Of a DNA stretch of 64,000 bases, positions 51,814 to 64,000 are shown piece after piece. The position numbers were made by a program, and so were the translations under genes. Position 1 is the first letter of the stretch. Each line of letters begins with the position of its first letter. The notes below the pieces were generated by a model. That model did not search any database and was not told where the DNA came from. It was given only the letters and a program-made list of their open reading frames with translations. This DNA is from Marsupella aquatica. Lineage: Eukaryota > Plantae > Marchantiophyta. The stretch is from the NCBI GenBank assembly GCA_973895155.1, contig OZ316894.1, positions 14,709,680 through 14,773,679 on the forward strand, in the 5' to 3' direction.

Positions 51814-51941
51814 TTGTCCTCTTCTGAGCAATCTCTTTTGGTTGCTCTTTTCTTTGATTGCATTGTACTTTACTTTTTGTGGCAGCTCCTTTGACTTTCA
51901 TGGTCCCGGAGCTTATAATACATTACCATTACCATTACCAT
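49750..51941 (+). mobile_element. 5'-truncated LINE family A with complete RT and tail
   Basis: Open ORF to 51813; 3'UTR hairpin; (CATTAC)3 tail. Confidence 0.93.
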
Positions 51942-52019
51942 ATAATTAATGTGACACACTAAATTGTGTGAACCATTTCTTCTAACCCAAATAAAACTAA
52001 TTAAGTATGTTAAGTCACA

Positions 52020-52153
52020 CACTTTACTTGGTAAAGAGAGTCCACTGGAGTCTCAGTTTTATGCCTCTATTTTCAGTGTGCAGTCACCTACACTTTACTT
52101 TGTATTGAGAGTCTGCTAGAGTCTGAATTGTATGCCTCTATTCTCAGTGTGCA
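52020..52153. repeat. ~71-bp imperfect tandem duplication
   Basis: CACTTTACTT..GAGAGTC..TATGCCTCTATT.TCAGTGTGCA occurs twice. Confidence 0.75.
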
Positions 52154-53499
52154 ATATTCAAGGCGAACACCGCAATTAGTGAGACCAAAAGTGTGACTTA
52201 ATGTGACCTGTAATTAGAGTGACACCTGAAATATTTTCAGTCACTCTTTTTTACATGAGATATAAAATTCAAAGGGCTATGGAATTAGTGTGACTAACAT
52301 TAATTGCGGCGAACAGAGTTGGTGCTGAAAAACTGTGCTCTCTTAGTCACTATCTAAATATTAATCAGCTCAAAATTGAAGCTACATCTTTTTTGTGGCA
52401 AAATATTAATTTCTAAGAAACAAACCACCTGAAAACTTGATTTGAGTGAGTACCAATCGAGTGGGGAGCAAGTGGGGAGCTCAGTGTAAATGGCGCTTCA
52501 CACTTACAAATGCAGTATGTCAAATGTGCAACTGAAATGTGTCAACAATTGAACATTTAGGGCTGCGCCTTCAAGGGAAAGGAGAGGGGGCCTAGACAGA
52601 GAAAACTTTGTGTCAATGGGGAGCCTTGCAGTTCCTCTCCTAACAAAAACAAGCAACAAGCAAAAACGAATCAAAAGCAAAATTTATAACATCAATTTAA
52701 ACAAGGCCTGATGTATGTGCAGCCAACCTGTGTAAACATTTGAACATTTTTCTTTGAGAAAAATGTGATTGAGGTTGGCAACTTTGGGGGATAGAAGATG
52801 GGCATAGGCAGAGAGAAGACAAGACAGGTGGAGCTTGCAGCCCAAATTGTAGCTCCAAGTGCCTGAAATGTGAGCTCAGAGTTACTTACAATATCACCTA
52901 GCTGTGTTTCTACAAAGCAAACTGACCCCTGTAGCTTAGATCTATATAAACTAGCCTGCCACAGGTTCACAGGCCTCTAAGGGCAGCTAGTCTGTGCTGC
53001 TGTGGGAAATTGACATGAGTCCTAATATCAGTTGGGGGTGATCGCATCTCAGACTACTGATTCCTTTGGGTTTCTCAGATTCCTTCTGTTCAACTCTCAC
53101 TTCCTCAATGCCTCATGTTTGGATAGCTTGGGGAGTACTCTTGGCTGCGTGCTCTTTGGTTCCCCTATCACCAGTCCCTTCAGTGGAGCAGACCGTTGCA
53201 GCCCTTTGGCCTCTCCATCCCCAGCCTGGGTTTGTTTACTAGAGTTTTGTGCTAGAGCCTAAGTTTCCCTCTCCCATGAGGGTTTTGCTTTGGTTTTCCT
53301 TCATCTACCATGACTTTCAGCAGGTGGGATCTGTGGGATGAGGTTTGACCAATTGCAGGATAATGTTTTCTTCATAAAAAGTCAACGCCTGGTTTCTCTC
53401 ATAACTTGTAAGTTCCAGCTCTGTGCTCATGTTGTGGGGTTGTATTTCTCCAGCCTTTGCTTGGCTCTTGGGAGGCTAGACAGCTTTTAGCCATAGCCA

Positions 53500-56400
53500 A
53501 GGAAACGGGGTGTGTTGGTCTCTAGCGACTGGGGAGACTTTGGATAGGATGGTTAGTCAATGTGCCCCCAATTGTGTCACATTTGGGGTGGCCATCCCAG
53601 TGATTGTGAGAAAGTGGTGCATGGCCTCGCGGATATCCACCCAGGTTGTGCAGCCATTCAGGTTGGCATTTAACATTGTTTCCTACCGAGTCATGTTTGA
53701 TTGCATCTCTCATCCTGTTTGTGCACTCTTTTGGTTAGACCCCAGTCCTCTGTTATACTCTGTCTCAACCCCGGGTCTTACACAACCATTTTGTTTGAAA
53801 CTGACACTTGGAAGGGGGCTCCTCTTGGTGGGGCATTGTTAATTTGCCATGGTTCATTCATGTGCAACCAAGCCTTACATACTACTTTTCTGGGTAAGTT
53901 GCATGTTTCTGCCTATTGCTGACAATAACCACATCTTGGCTCCAGCACCAGTTTTGGGAGATGCGTAGAATTATTCAGTTTGTTGACCTGCTTGCCATTG
54001 TGGGTTTGTCATTGTCAATACAGCCCAGTAGGAAGTGTGGGGTAGGGTCTTCTGATCATTCCTTGAATCTCTTACTTCCCTTTGGGTATATTGAGAGCAT
54101 CAGGGTCTTGGGGGGCTCATTTTGGAGGGTCGGCCTTTGCATGGGATTCTTTGCAGGGAGCATTATCCCAAGATGTTTTGCATTTTCCAGATAATGGCTT
54201 TAGCGGATTTCCAGATTGCCTTCAGGACTCGCTTCAGGATACTAGTTGAGTGTTTCATCCGCCACCCATCATAACTCCTCCAAACCGTCCCCCCATGTCC
54301 TCTGTTTTTGTCATTGCTATCTTCCCATTGATATGACTCATTGTTGCCACTTACTTGGAAAAACATGGTTGAGAGACTCCGTGATCATGTAACAACTAAG
54401 TACCCAAAGCGGCGAGTCCAAAAATGTGTGACAAAGATGAATTTCAGGGGTGATATCCAAAACTTCATCTCCTGTTACCTAAGTCAGTTGATGTGAATAC
54501 CAACAGGACACAAGATTCGTACGTAGCTTCACAACTTTGCTTAGGGAAAGTTACAAGAGAAGCACCACGAGTTTAAGACACTCTCTTACACCTTCAACAA
54601 ATTTATACCACTATAAACCAAAGGCTTTGATGGTACCAAGTCCAAAGGCGCCATTAATAAACGCAAATAGTCTGAAGGGTCAAGATCTGGGATTGAGCCA
54701 CAGGTCCAAGCTGGGGATAAAGCATTGCCAAAAGTCAAAGAATTCTCAAAAGGGACCTACATCTGTACAAGGTCAGAACAAGATGCACTCATAGAGAAGC
54801 ATGCAACAAGCGGGGGGCTCATGTTTTAAGTGCCCCGTGCAGGGCAAAGCCAAGTGGAGATGTAGTGCTAAAGAGCATGAAGGTATGTATCACCATAACC
54901 AACCCTTTGTTAGTTGATAATGTTCCCAAATGGCAAAGTTCTATCCGGGGAGAGACATGCATTGTCACCGGAGAAGGTACCTATTTAACACTAACTAACA
55001 TGGATGATCTTGACAAGTTGATATTTGTGAATGTAGCTTCTAACAGCAAGTGTTGCGCTGGTTGATATAAGGGGCCACCTGCTTTGTAAGTGGGCAGGCG
55101 TGAGGGAAAGTGACCAAGCATCTTGAGGTAGATGTAGACAAGCTGTTACAACCATTAGTGTGCAATTTAATCTGCCAAAGACACTAAAGGGGTGGTGTTG
55201 AGAGTGGTACATAGACTTTGTGTAGAAGTCATTGGCGATAAGAAAACTGATGTTAGTGAAAAAATATTCTATGTCTTAGAAGGTCTAGCCGTACACTTCA
55301 TATATTTTGTCAATATTAGGCTATCTCAGGTAGCACAACATTGTTACCTTGAAACCAAGAGAGGAAATGCTCAATTTTCCAAATAAGGGTGGTGAGCTCA
55401 TCGTTGTCATTAGAGCTTCAATTCAAAGCTCTAGAAACCTTCAGGAAGAAGAAGTTAGGGCATTTTCTTTGTTATTTTACAATTGGTTCCTTTCCTCTGT
55501 TTGGTCTAGAATACCACTTATTTAAACCCAGAGCACAAATCAATTTAAACAGGTCTGCTGAGAGGAGGTCTTTCGCAGGTACCACTACTTAATTCATTTT
55601 TATCAATGATACTCTCTCTATGGTGTTTTTTCTATTCATGGTGGGGTGCCATGGGTCAAAGACAGTTGCTAGTATGACTGCCTTACTTGTAGGAGGACTA
55701 GTCCATATATGAGTAGGTTAATTTCCATCTTTTGGAACCATCACAAATTTGTGAATGGTGTGTTCACGCTCTCACTTGTCCTGCCCTGTGGGCCCCATGT
55801 AGGATCCCAACACTGCATTGTTTACATTTTAGGAGGTTTAAACTCACAGTCTTTGGAATTTTTTACCCTGGACTTGTCACAAAGTATGGACAGATGACGG
55901 TGTAATGAGACCAGACGCATGAAGGAAATAGTAACTAAACACATCACAAATGTTGTGACTATTATTGGCACTTGTTGATTCCACATGGCTGCTGGACATC
56001 AGTTTGAATAGAGTTTTCAACTCTATATCTAAACACCCTAGTACATGCATCAGAAAAAGGATGTGACAAGTCAATTGAATGTTTGTTTCATGACTGTGCT
56101 CTGGTTAACACTCTACTGCTAAACAAATCTAATGGTGTCAGTCTATAGAATCTATAACCTAAAACAAAATTGGTTGTTCTAAGGGCACTTAAAGATATTG
56201 GACACACTCTTTGAAAAGGAGGCCTGACTCAGGCACACACAAGATGCAATAAGTTCAGAACTTGAATTAATCCGTGGACCCCCATGTTCATCCAAGGAAT
56301 GTGTGTGATAAAGTGAAATCAATTTTCTGTAAGCCGGTAACCGATGGTTTTGAGTCTCCCAATCTTGGTGTGTGCTCGTACCAAAACGAACGCTCAAAAA

Positions 56401-56600
56401 GATAGAGGAGATCAATCTGGTTGAGATGATCTCTTTGGTTCATCAAACCAAAGGTTGAATGTGTAGGAATTTTTTGAACAAGTTTTTGCTCAAATATTGG
56501 AGAAATAGTGTTTCTATCATTCCTGATTAATTGTCTGTGAGTTACATTGAGAATTACCGCCACAAGACAGACTGGAGAACATCACTCAATTGTTGGCGAA
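53500..56600 (-). pseudogene. Highly degraded L1-like ORF2 relic
   Basis: Residual APE-like QIDLLYL (~56420) and SPG (~55870) motifs; heavily interrupted. Confidence 0.4.
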
Positions 56601-56899
56601 AGGGTGCTTGTCATTTTGGTGGGAAGAACGCACAAAACGGACCAGCCATCACTTCACATACAGGTTTTGTAGTTTTTTTAATTTAAGAAAGCTATTGTGT
56701 GAGGGGGAGACCAACGATTGTTTCTTTGACACAAAGGCTACATTTGGCGTTAGCTTGTGTTCAGAGTGAGCTTCGTTGAAGCCTGGAGGGACGCAAACAA
56801 TTCACGTCAGGAAGCCAGCGTTGCGGAAAGCAATGACAACGTAATCAAAGAAATCAATTTGCAGTGACTAAGTTTGTGACGGTGACGGGATTGTGATGT

Positions 56900-57300
56900 C
56901 TCTTAATAGAGAAAGGGTTTCCAATGAGCCTCGGATTGACAATTTTTGTCAAGTTCCAAATGAGTTTTTGAATAGCTTTGTCTTTCCAATGAGTGTGACA
57001 ATAAGAAATTTTGATCATGAGTTCATTAATTCTTTTAGCTTTTCAACATTGAGTCCGGCATTGACAAAATCATGTTAGATTTTGTCACGGTACTAACAAG
57101 ATCATGAGGTTTTCAATCTCTCTAGTTTTCTAATGTGTGACAGTGGAAGTATTCGTCAAGAATTAAAGAGATCATGAGTATGCGACTTTCTCTAGCTTTC
57201 CAATGAACTTAACATTGATAGATTTTGTCAAGTACTAAGGAGATGATGAGTTTCTAATTTTTCTCTAGCTTAGTTTCCAATGAATGTGACTTTGAGAGAT
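56900..57300. repeat. Degenerate ~65-75-bp tandem repeat, ~5-6 units
   Basis: Recurrent TTCCAATGA..TGACA..TTTTGTCAAG..ATGAG..CTAGCT. Confidence 0.65.
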
Positions 57301-58205
57301 TTAAAAATAATTTTAAAATACAAGCATTTTGATGTAAAACACTGATATATCATTGACAAACATTAGAACATTGGTAACTTTATTTTACTAAATGACATCT
57401 CTTCCTTTCTATTATGTTTTGTAACGTTCAATATTTACGGCATGGCGCCCCAAAAATTATGTTTCTTTGCCACAAACATGAATGTGCCCTTTTGTTACTG
57501 TCATAATTAAGATATTTCCTGTTTGTGACTGGTTGTGCTGATGTGGCACAACCTCGTGACAGGGAATTTGCAAGGGACTTCTCATGGGGGTATGTAAACA
57601 GGCACAAATCACTTATTTTGGAAAATAGACCCAAACCTGAATCACAACAGTCTTCCATGAGCTTTCTTTGAAATGACTTTGAAATGCTGCAGGTTATAGA
57701 TCTTGTGACGTGAGAGGAGATTTTATGTTGGAACCAAGCTGCAAGGGATATACAATCTCATCAGTTATCAATTGTTGATATCAGTAACTTATCAGTCTTT
57801 TTGCCCTCAGTCGTTATGAATCTCAGCTAAGTAGCTAAGGTCAGGCCTTGCACTTTCATGCATCTCAGTTAGGCAGCTGCAATTGGTTAAATCTTGATAG
57901 GCATAGGGACCCCCAAAATATGGGGAAATTTTGAAAATAAAAATTTGGTGAAATCCTGCCTCTGTACGGTACAGATGTGACCCATTTCAGCAGGCCTCGT
58001 CAAGATAGGGTGTTAAAGGAAAACAATCTTGGTGTGGGCTCACCAGGGTGAAGTTAGGCCAAGGTGTGACTAGCATTGAATCTATTACCAAGCTGCCACC
58101 CAGGCTAAGTCACCAGCAGGTTGATGAGGTAATGATGATGTTGCTATGTAGCTTTCTATTATATTGTTGAAGGCTTATCGGTCATGTATTGATGGGGTGT
58201 CATGG

Positions 58206-61200
58206 GGGCCTGACCTCCGTGTTAGGAAAAAGTAAACAGGAAAAGTCATAACAAGAAAAATCAAGGAAGATAACAGGAGTTTTTGCGCTCACAACAAAAA
58301 ATATATTTCATTTTCAAGAGCCAAAAATATAATTTCTATTATATTCATGATCCAGGCTATCGCTTTTTGTCTTAAAAAAAACCCTACTTTGTCATAATGG
58401 GATAAATTTACTAGCGTCGGGCGCTAGCCAAAATACAATGATACGTTTTCATATTAGTTGCAAGGGTTATATTTAGCAAATTACATCACATGTTAGGTAA
58501 ACAAAATGTATGGTTTATTGGAAAATATGTAATTTGTATTTTTTCAGAGGATACTTAGCATTTTGGCAAGGGTTATCATTAATACCTTCTCCCGACGCTA
58601 GCCAAAATACCATCATAGTCTTTACATAGTGACAAGATTTACAATTAACATACAACAAATTCTTATGTTTGATGAACGCTTACAAAAATGCAATATACTT
58701 CTCCTATAAACCAAGTGCGTATTTCTTGCATTTGGCCAAATCTGATCCTTTTTAAATTCTAAGGAGGAGACTTAAAGTGTACATCATCATCAAGATTATT
58801 GAAACAGTGCTTACGTGAGGGGCACAGTCTTGGCCAAAAAAAATCCTCATTTGGAAGATTTTTTAAATCTAATTCCTAATTAAATCAAACCTTCAATATA
58901 GGAAATCTCATAGATTTTTTTGTAATTTCTTGAACATAAATATCAATGTATGGATATAATTTCACATAGGTAACAAGAATTTATGAACCCATGTGATGGA
59001 TATACACACAAATGGGATCAAATTATAAAACCAAGTGTGATTTGAATAATTGTTTCGCAAGAAAATCTGGGACAATATTAATTTGACTAGTGTTTAAATT
59101 GTCTTTTTCAAACCACAAACATCATTATATTTTTCAAGTTGTTGATTCTATGTATCGTGGGTTCTTGTTATTGTCATAAAATTTCTTAGAATTACTTCCA
59201 AATTATTTTCATAAGAAGGTGAGGTGCTTAAGAAAATGAGAAAAGTTTTGGGCTACAATAGGATTAGAGTTTGACGCTCTCTAGTGACCCCAAAATATCT
59301 AGTATAGAACAAAGAAAATATGATAGTAATGCCATACTCTACTATACAAATTGGCATAATTTGATGTGTTTAAAGGTCATGAAGATTAAACTCTTGAATT
59401 AAATTTAGGAATAAATCCCATAATAGCTCCAGATGCAAAAGAAATTGAGACAAATTGAATATATTTATATGATATAATCCCTAATTTAGTACCTAATTGC
59501 TATCTCAATAGTCCTAAAATCTTGTGCAGAATGTATAATAACGCTATCCTAAATCATATTTATTTGACATATTGATTGATAAAAGTATTAGGTGCTATCA
59601 TCAAATGACAAATTTATGTGTTCTACATCCATCATTTTTTAAAGAAAATTTGGCTGAAGAGTTAATTACAATAAATAATAAACATAAACCCATAAAATAA
59701 ATTTAATAAAAAATATACAAATGTTACTAGCATCGAGCGCTGGTAATATCCTACTTGGCTTGATCCCCTCTAAGAATGATATTATTTTAAGAATTTTTAT
59801 ACAAAAATTAAGCTAAAATTAGTAAAAAAAACATTTAAAAATGTTACTAGCGCCGAGAGCTAGTAATATTCAAGTCACCAAGACACTCCAAAATGACACT
59901 ATATGAGTGCATGTTTACAAAAAGTAAGTAAGCAAAGAGTAACAAAAATGATAAAATATTACTAGCGCCAAGAGCTAGTAATGTCACACCCACCTAGACC
60001 CTCCAAAATGAGAGTATTTTGAGCATGTTACATAAAACAACAGGCAAAAAAATAATAAAAATGAAAGAATATTGCTAGCGTCGGGAGCTTGTAATATCAC
60101 ACCAGTTTGGATCCTCCAAAATGACACTATTTTGAGTGTCTTTATGAGAAAAAATCAAGCAAAAAAGGCTATAAAAATGAATTAACATTACTAGCGCCAG
60201 GAGCTAGTAATGTCACACTCGCTTGGACACTTTAAAATAACATCATATTGAGTGTATTTATGAGAAAAAATTTAGAAAATTGGACTATAAAAATAAATTA
60301 ACATTACTAGCGCCGGGAGCTAGTAATGTCACACTTGCTTGGACCCTCCATAATAGCATCATTTTGAGAAATTTACAAGAGAATTTTTACGCAAAAAATG
60401 TAGAAAAACAAAGGAACATTACTAGCGCCAAAAGCTAGTAATGTGACTTTGGCCCAAACCCTCTAGAAAAAACATTTTTTTTAGTCTGTGAGCTTTAATT
60501 ATTTACTGATATACCACCTATTTCACTAGTAGTATTACCGTTTTATCTCTTGTGTTTGCTATTGTTGTTAAATACACCAAAGAATATTTTAGAAGGTCAT
60601 GCAATTTTGCAAGTAATAAAGAAATATCTATGTAAATGAGACCTCGCCAAAGAGGACTCTTTGTTGGCGTTGAGTGCTACTATGGTAATATGAACAAAAA
60701 TGACTATAGCCTAAAGGATATATTTTGATAAGCGCCAGGCGCTGCTATAAATTTTGGTCAAAAGCAATGGCTCTAATTATCAAATTTATTATATTAGTTT
60801 GTGGTGCTACTATATTATATCATCATTTGTAATGTTTTAATGATTATATTATCACTAATATTATCCAATGTCACGGCTGCTGACCTTGTTACTAGCAAAA
60901 AAGAACATAGCATCCTCTAATGGTCTAAGGCGGTTCAATCAAAATTTACAATATGTCAAACTCCTCATCATTGGTTAGAGCATTCAAATGACCAGAGTGT
61001 ATTGCATTTGATAGCAAGAGTATATATTTTTGCTCACATCACTCTACGTGAGGATGTTAACCTTTGGTCAATCCACACATTTACAATCTTCTAGGTAGTA
61101 CTTTGGAAGATGCATGGAACCCTTGATACGATGTGCTCCTTTATTGATAGTTTGTCACTACTACGTCCAAATCAAAGTACGATTCAATATAATTTAAGTT

Positions 61201-61894
61201 AGTTTGAGCATGACAATTAGGGTGTCTAAAGGGGGATAAACTTTTGTGTTATAATCTTTATATAGTTTTGACGTCGTGCACGGTAGTTTTGAGCGTGAAT
61301 ATTGGTATATACATAGATGAACTAACAGTTTCTTTGGTCATAATGTTCTATACAACAATCCGTTGCCTCTTGGCAGACCACCATATATGGAGTGTCTACG
61401 CTTAGCAAAGGGATGAAGACTCAATCAGCAAGACAATCTCATCTCCCGTCTCATCTATAGGGGAAGAGCAAGTTCATTGATTATCCTTAGATGTCAATGG
61501 AGATGCACTAGAGTTGGCTGGCGCTAAATGAGGGATCAGCTTGAGAGAGCATAACATTCCAGATCCAAACACTCAAGAAGTGCAAATACTTATTTGGCTA
61601 GGATTTATATGTACTTCTATTGCTCTTGTGATGATTTTTGTTGCAAGCATTCTTGAGCTATTATCAAATGATGCCTTCATGTGTAGAAAATCTTTGGCGC
61701 TAGTAAAGATTTCTGTCTATAATAATTGTATCTGTTACATATATTACAAGTGCTCAGTTCAAATTGTAGTGTAATTTTGGTCCCTAAAGTGGGAATTTTC
61801 TTTCGGCATTGCGCACAAAACTCCTGTTATCTTTGACCATTTTTGCTGTTATGATAATTCCTGTTTACTGTTTCCTGTCACGGGGAAAAACCTC
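58206..61894. mobile_element. 3.7-kb non-autonomous DNA transposon of the GGG/CCTC family
   Basis: Perfect 8-bp TSD TGTCATGG (58198-58205, 61895-61902); ~75-bp imperfect subterminal inverted repeats (CCGTG..GTAAACAGGAA..GATAACAGGAGTTTT). Confidence 0.88.
59720..60445. repeat. 7 x ~116-bp tandem array with palindrome TTACTAGCGCCRGGAGCTAGTAA
   Basis: Cores at ~59724, 59844, 59959, 60072, 60188, 60304, 60419. Confidence 0.9.
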
Positions 61895-63144
61895 TGTCAT
61901 GGTTAGCTGTAGTACTTTTTAGCAATTAGTGATCAAATGCAAACAGAATTATACAAATAAGACAGTTACCATAGGCGCAATGACAAGAGTAAGGGTAGGT
62001 TATTTAGATATTAACAGTATTAGTTCTTGTGTGACTTATCTGAAGTAATGTTTGACACGGCTGGGGGGATCGGTATGTTTAGGCAAGATCTTCTGATTAT
62101 CTGAAGGGCCAGGGCGGGGAAAAGGTGGCATAATGTACCAATGATCTGGTGGAGTGGCTCTGGTTGCAGAAGCTCTTGGTTAGTCAGGTTTTGCAGGTGG
62201 AACTGAAGTGGGACAAGGATGCCTTGCACACAAAGGGGTTTCCCTGGTTCCTGTCATAGTAGTTGTTGAGTGGTATCAAGCACAAGATCACAAGTGGGAT
62301 CGCCATGGATTGCAAGTGCATAAGGTGCTGACCAAATAGGTACTAGGATTAGGATTAGGATTAGGAGTGGGAAATAGTCAAGTAGACTTCATTGACCATA
62401 TTCCCATGGCGGTGAGAGAGCACTTGGGAATTAGTATTTAGTGCAAGCCCCAATATGCACAAAGGGGGGCTGGGGGGCATTTATGCTGGTTTGTGATTAA
62501 TATGCCATAAAAGAAGCTTTGTGCAGGGAGACAGAACTTAACCCTCAAAAGGTATAACACTGAGGTAAAAAGGGAAAGAACTACCAGGACCATGAGAGTT
62601 GCTGATAGAAGTGCCTGTGTGCTAGGGTTGGGAATGTTGTAGCTTTGGATTACAGGATGTCAACTATGCAATAGCATTAGGCAAACAACACTTGTTTTTT
62701 AGAGGCCTGGCAACAAATGGTCAGGATAAGTAAGGATACTAGTGAGGATTATGTACCACAAGTGATGAAGAGGTCCTTAGCAAGGAAGACAAAGATATTG
62801 AGGAAGAGTAGGACAAAGATGAGCTGATCAGACCTACAAATGACCAAATGAATATGGGTTCACCTGGACGGGTTTTGAAATCAATAATAGAAGGCCAGCA
62901 GCAGAACCCCTGGACCTTTGATCTTTTTAATCTTTTTGAGGAATGGGTAGAGAGTGAGGAAGAGTGGGACATTATGGAGGAGATCATACCAGATTCTATA
63001 CAAATCATGTTTTCTTTAATAAAATCAATCGATGCACACAATTGTCCAGAGAGCAACCTTAGACCCTAAACCCTAAAGTTCACACTTTCTTGATGTAGAA
63101 AATTCATCAAGATGGAAGGGTATTGAGAGAAAAAAGTAGGGTTG

Positions 63145-63256
63145 GCCAGTTTTGTAATATCTCTAGCATAGAGAAATATCATGTATTCATTGCTTGCCAG
63201 TTTTATGAGGGCATGAGAATGGCATCTCAGATCTTGGTGAAAGATTTGTATGCATT
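63145..63256 (+). mobile_element. Older diverged LINE-A remnant
   Basis: SSIEKYHVFIACQFYEGMRMASQILVKDLYA; second trace near 63650. Confidence 0.75.
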
Positions 63257-64000
63257 CTTTAGTAAGAGAAACCACAACAAACGTTTTGCAGAAAGGGCCA
63301 AACATAGTACAAAAGAACAACAAAAGAGGTCCAAAGTGGACAAAAACCACACGTGAGCAATAGGAAACCCCTAAAAACCAAGAAAAGTAAAAACTACTTG
63401 GCAACCTTGTTGATTTATCGTAACATTTGACAGTGAACCATGAGAAGTTTGAAAATCTTTGTGGACTCTTGAGGTATTTGCTTGATGGACCCCCAAAATG
63501 AAACTTGTTACTTGATCAGCCCCTTGAGGTCTATCAACGGTCCAGATCTGAGATCGAAAGGTCCATCAATGGCCCAGATTGGGGAAAAGTATGGAGGGGG
63601 TTGATTAAGCAAACTTTTTCCAGAAGGGGGTCTACTAAGCATATCTTGCTGGACTCTTAGGTCCATAGTTTGATAGAGGACAGATCCTCAAATGAGCCAT
63701 CTTTCATGGACTTGGGGGGGGGGGGGGGTCACTTCCACAAAAGTGCCAAATCATGTGCGACAAAGTATAGGGTGGTTTAAATGGTCACAAAGGAAGACTT
63801 CCAAAGATTTATGGAAAAACAATACGGTCCGTTAAAGCTTTTTGTCCGCTTTAAGAACAATAGGCTTTTATTAAATAGGTCATATTTACGGACCACCATT
63901 AGGGGTCCTTTGCAAAATTCCTGGCCCCACAGCACGCCACATCATCATGGCACGCTGCAAATAGGAAGAGACTTGTTTTTGGATAAAATTAACTTCTGCA

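Noticed and set aside
59720-60445. Palindromic repeats as a CRISPR array
   Set aside because: Spacers are homologous to each other, the context is a eukaryotic TE, and there are no cas genes
61541-61774. Hydrophobic 77-aa ORF as a membrane protein
   Set aside because: TTG start, no motif, no second copy to test conservation
46345-63077. CCCTAAA doublets (~46346, 47639, 63064) and (TTAGGA)n at ~62345 as telomeric arrays
   Set aside because: Only 2-4 units; telobox- or microsatellite-level

Overview
Eukaryotic, transposon-saturated window with no recognisable host gene. The TE types and 87-150 nt GT-AG introns suggest a non-seed land plant (inference). Backbone: a minus-strand CACTA/EnSpm transposase gene (~6.4-24.9 kb) split by a 13.2-kb Gypsy element (8601-21800, 4-bp TSD). 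Also present: two RTEX-like LINE families with (CATTAC)n and (TTTGAC)n tails, a GGG...CCTC DNA-transposon/MITE family with 8-bp TSDs, a Gypsy with a PHD finger on its integrase, L1 relics, a solo LTR and an LTR fragment. The most interesting signals are TE-borne chromatin functions: (1) an intact SET-domain exon nested in the first intron of the CACTA transposase and spliceable to the same first exon; (2) a spliced, prokaryote-like beta-class N4C/N6A DNA-methyltransferase-fold gene; (3) two small ORFs conserved with synonymous bias inside Gypsy LTRs; (4) the PHD-integrase. All calls were made by eye, without database searches.
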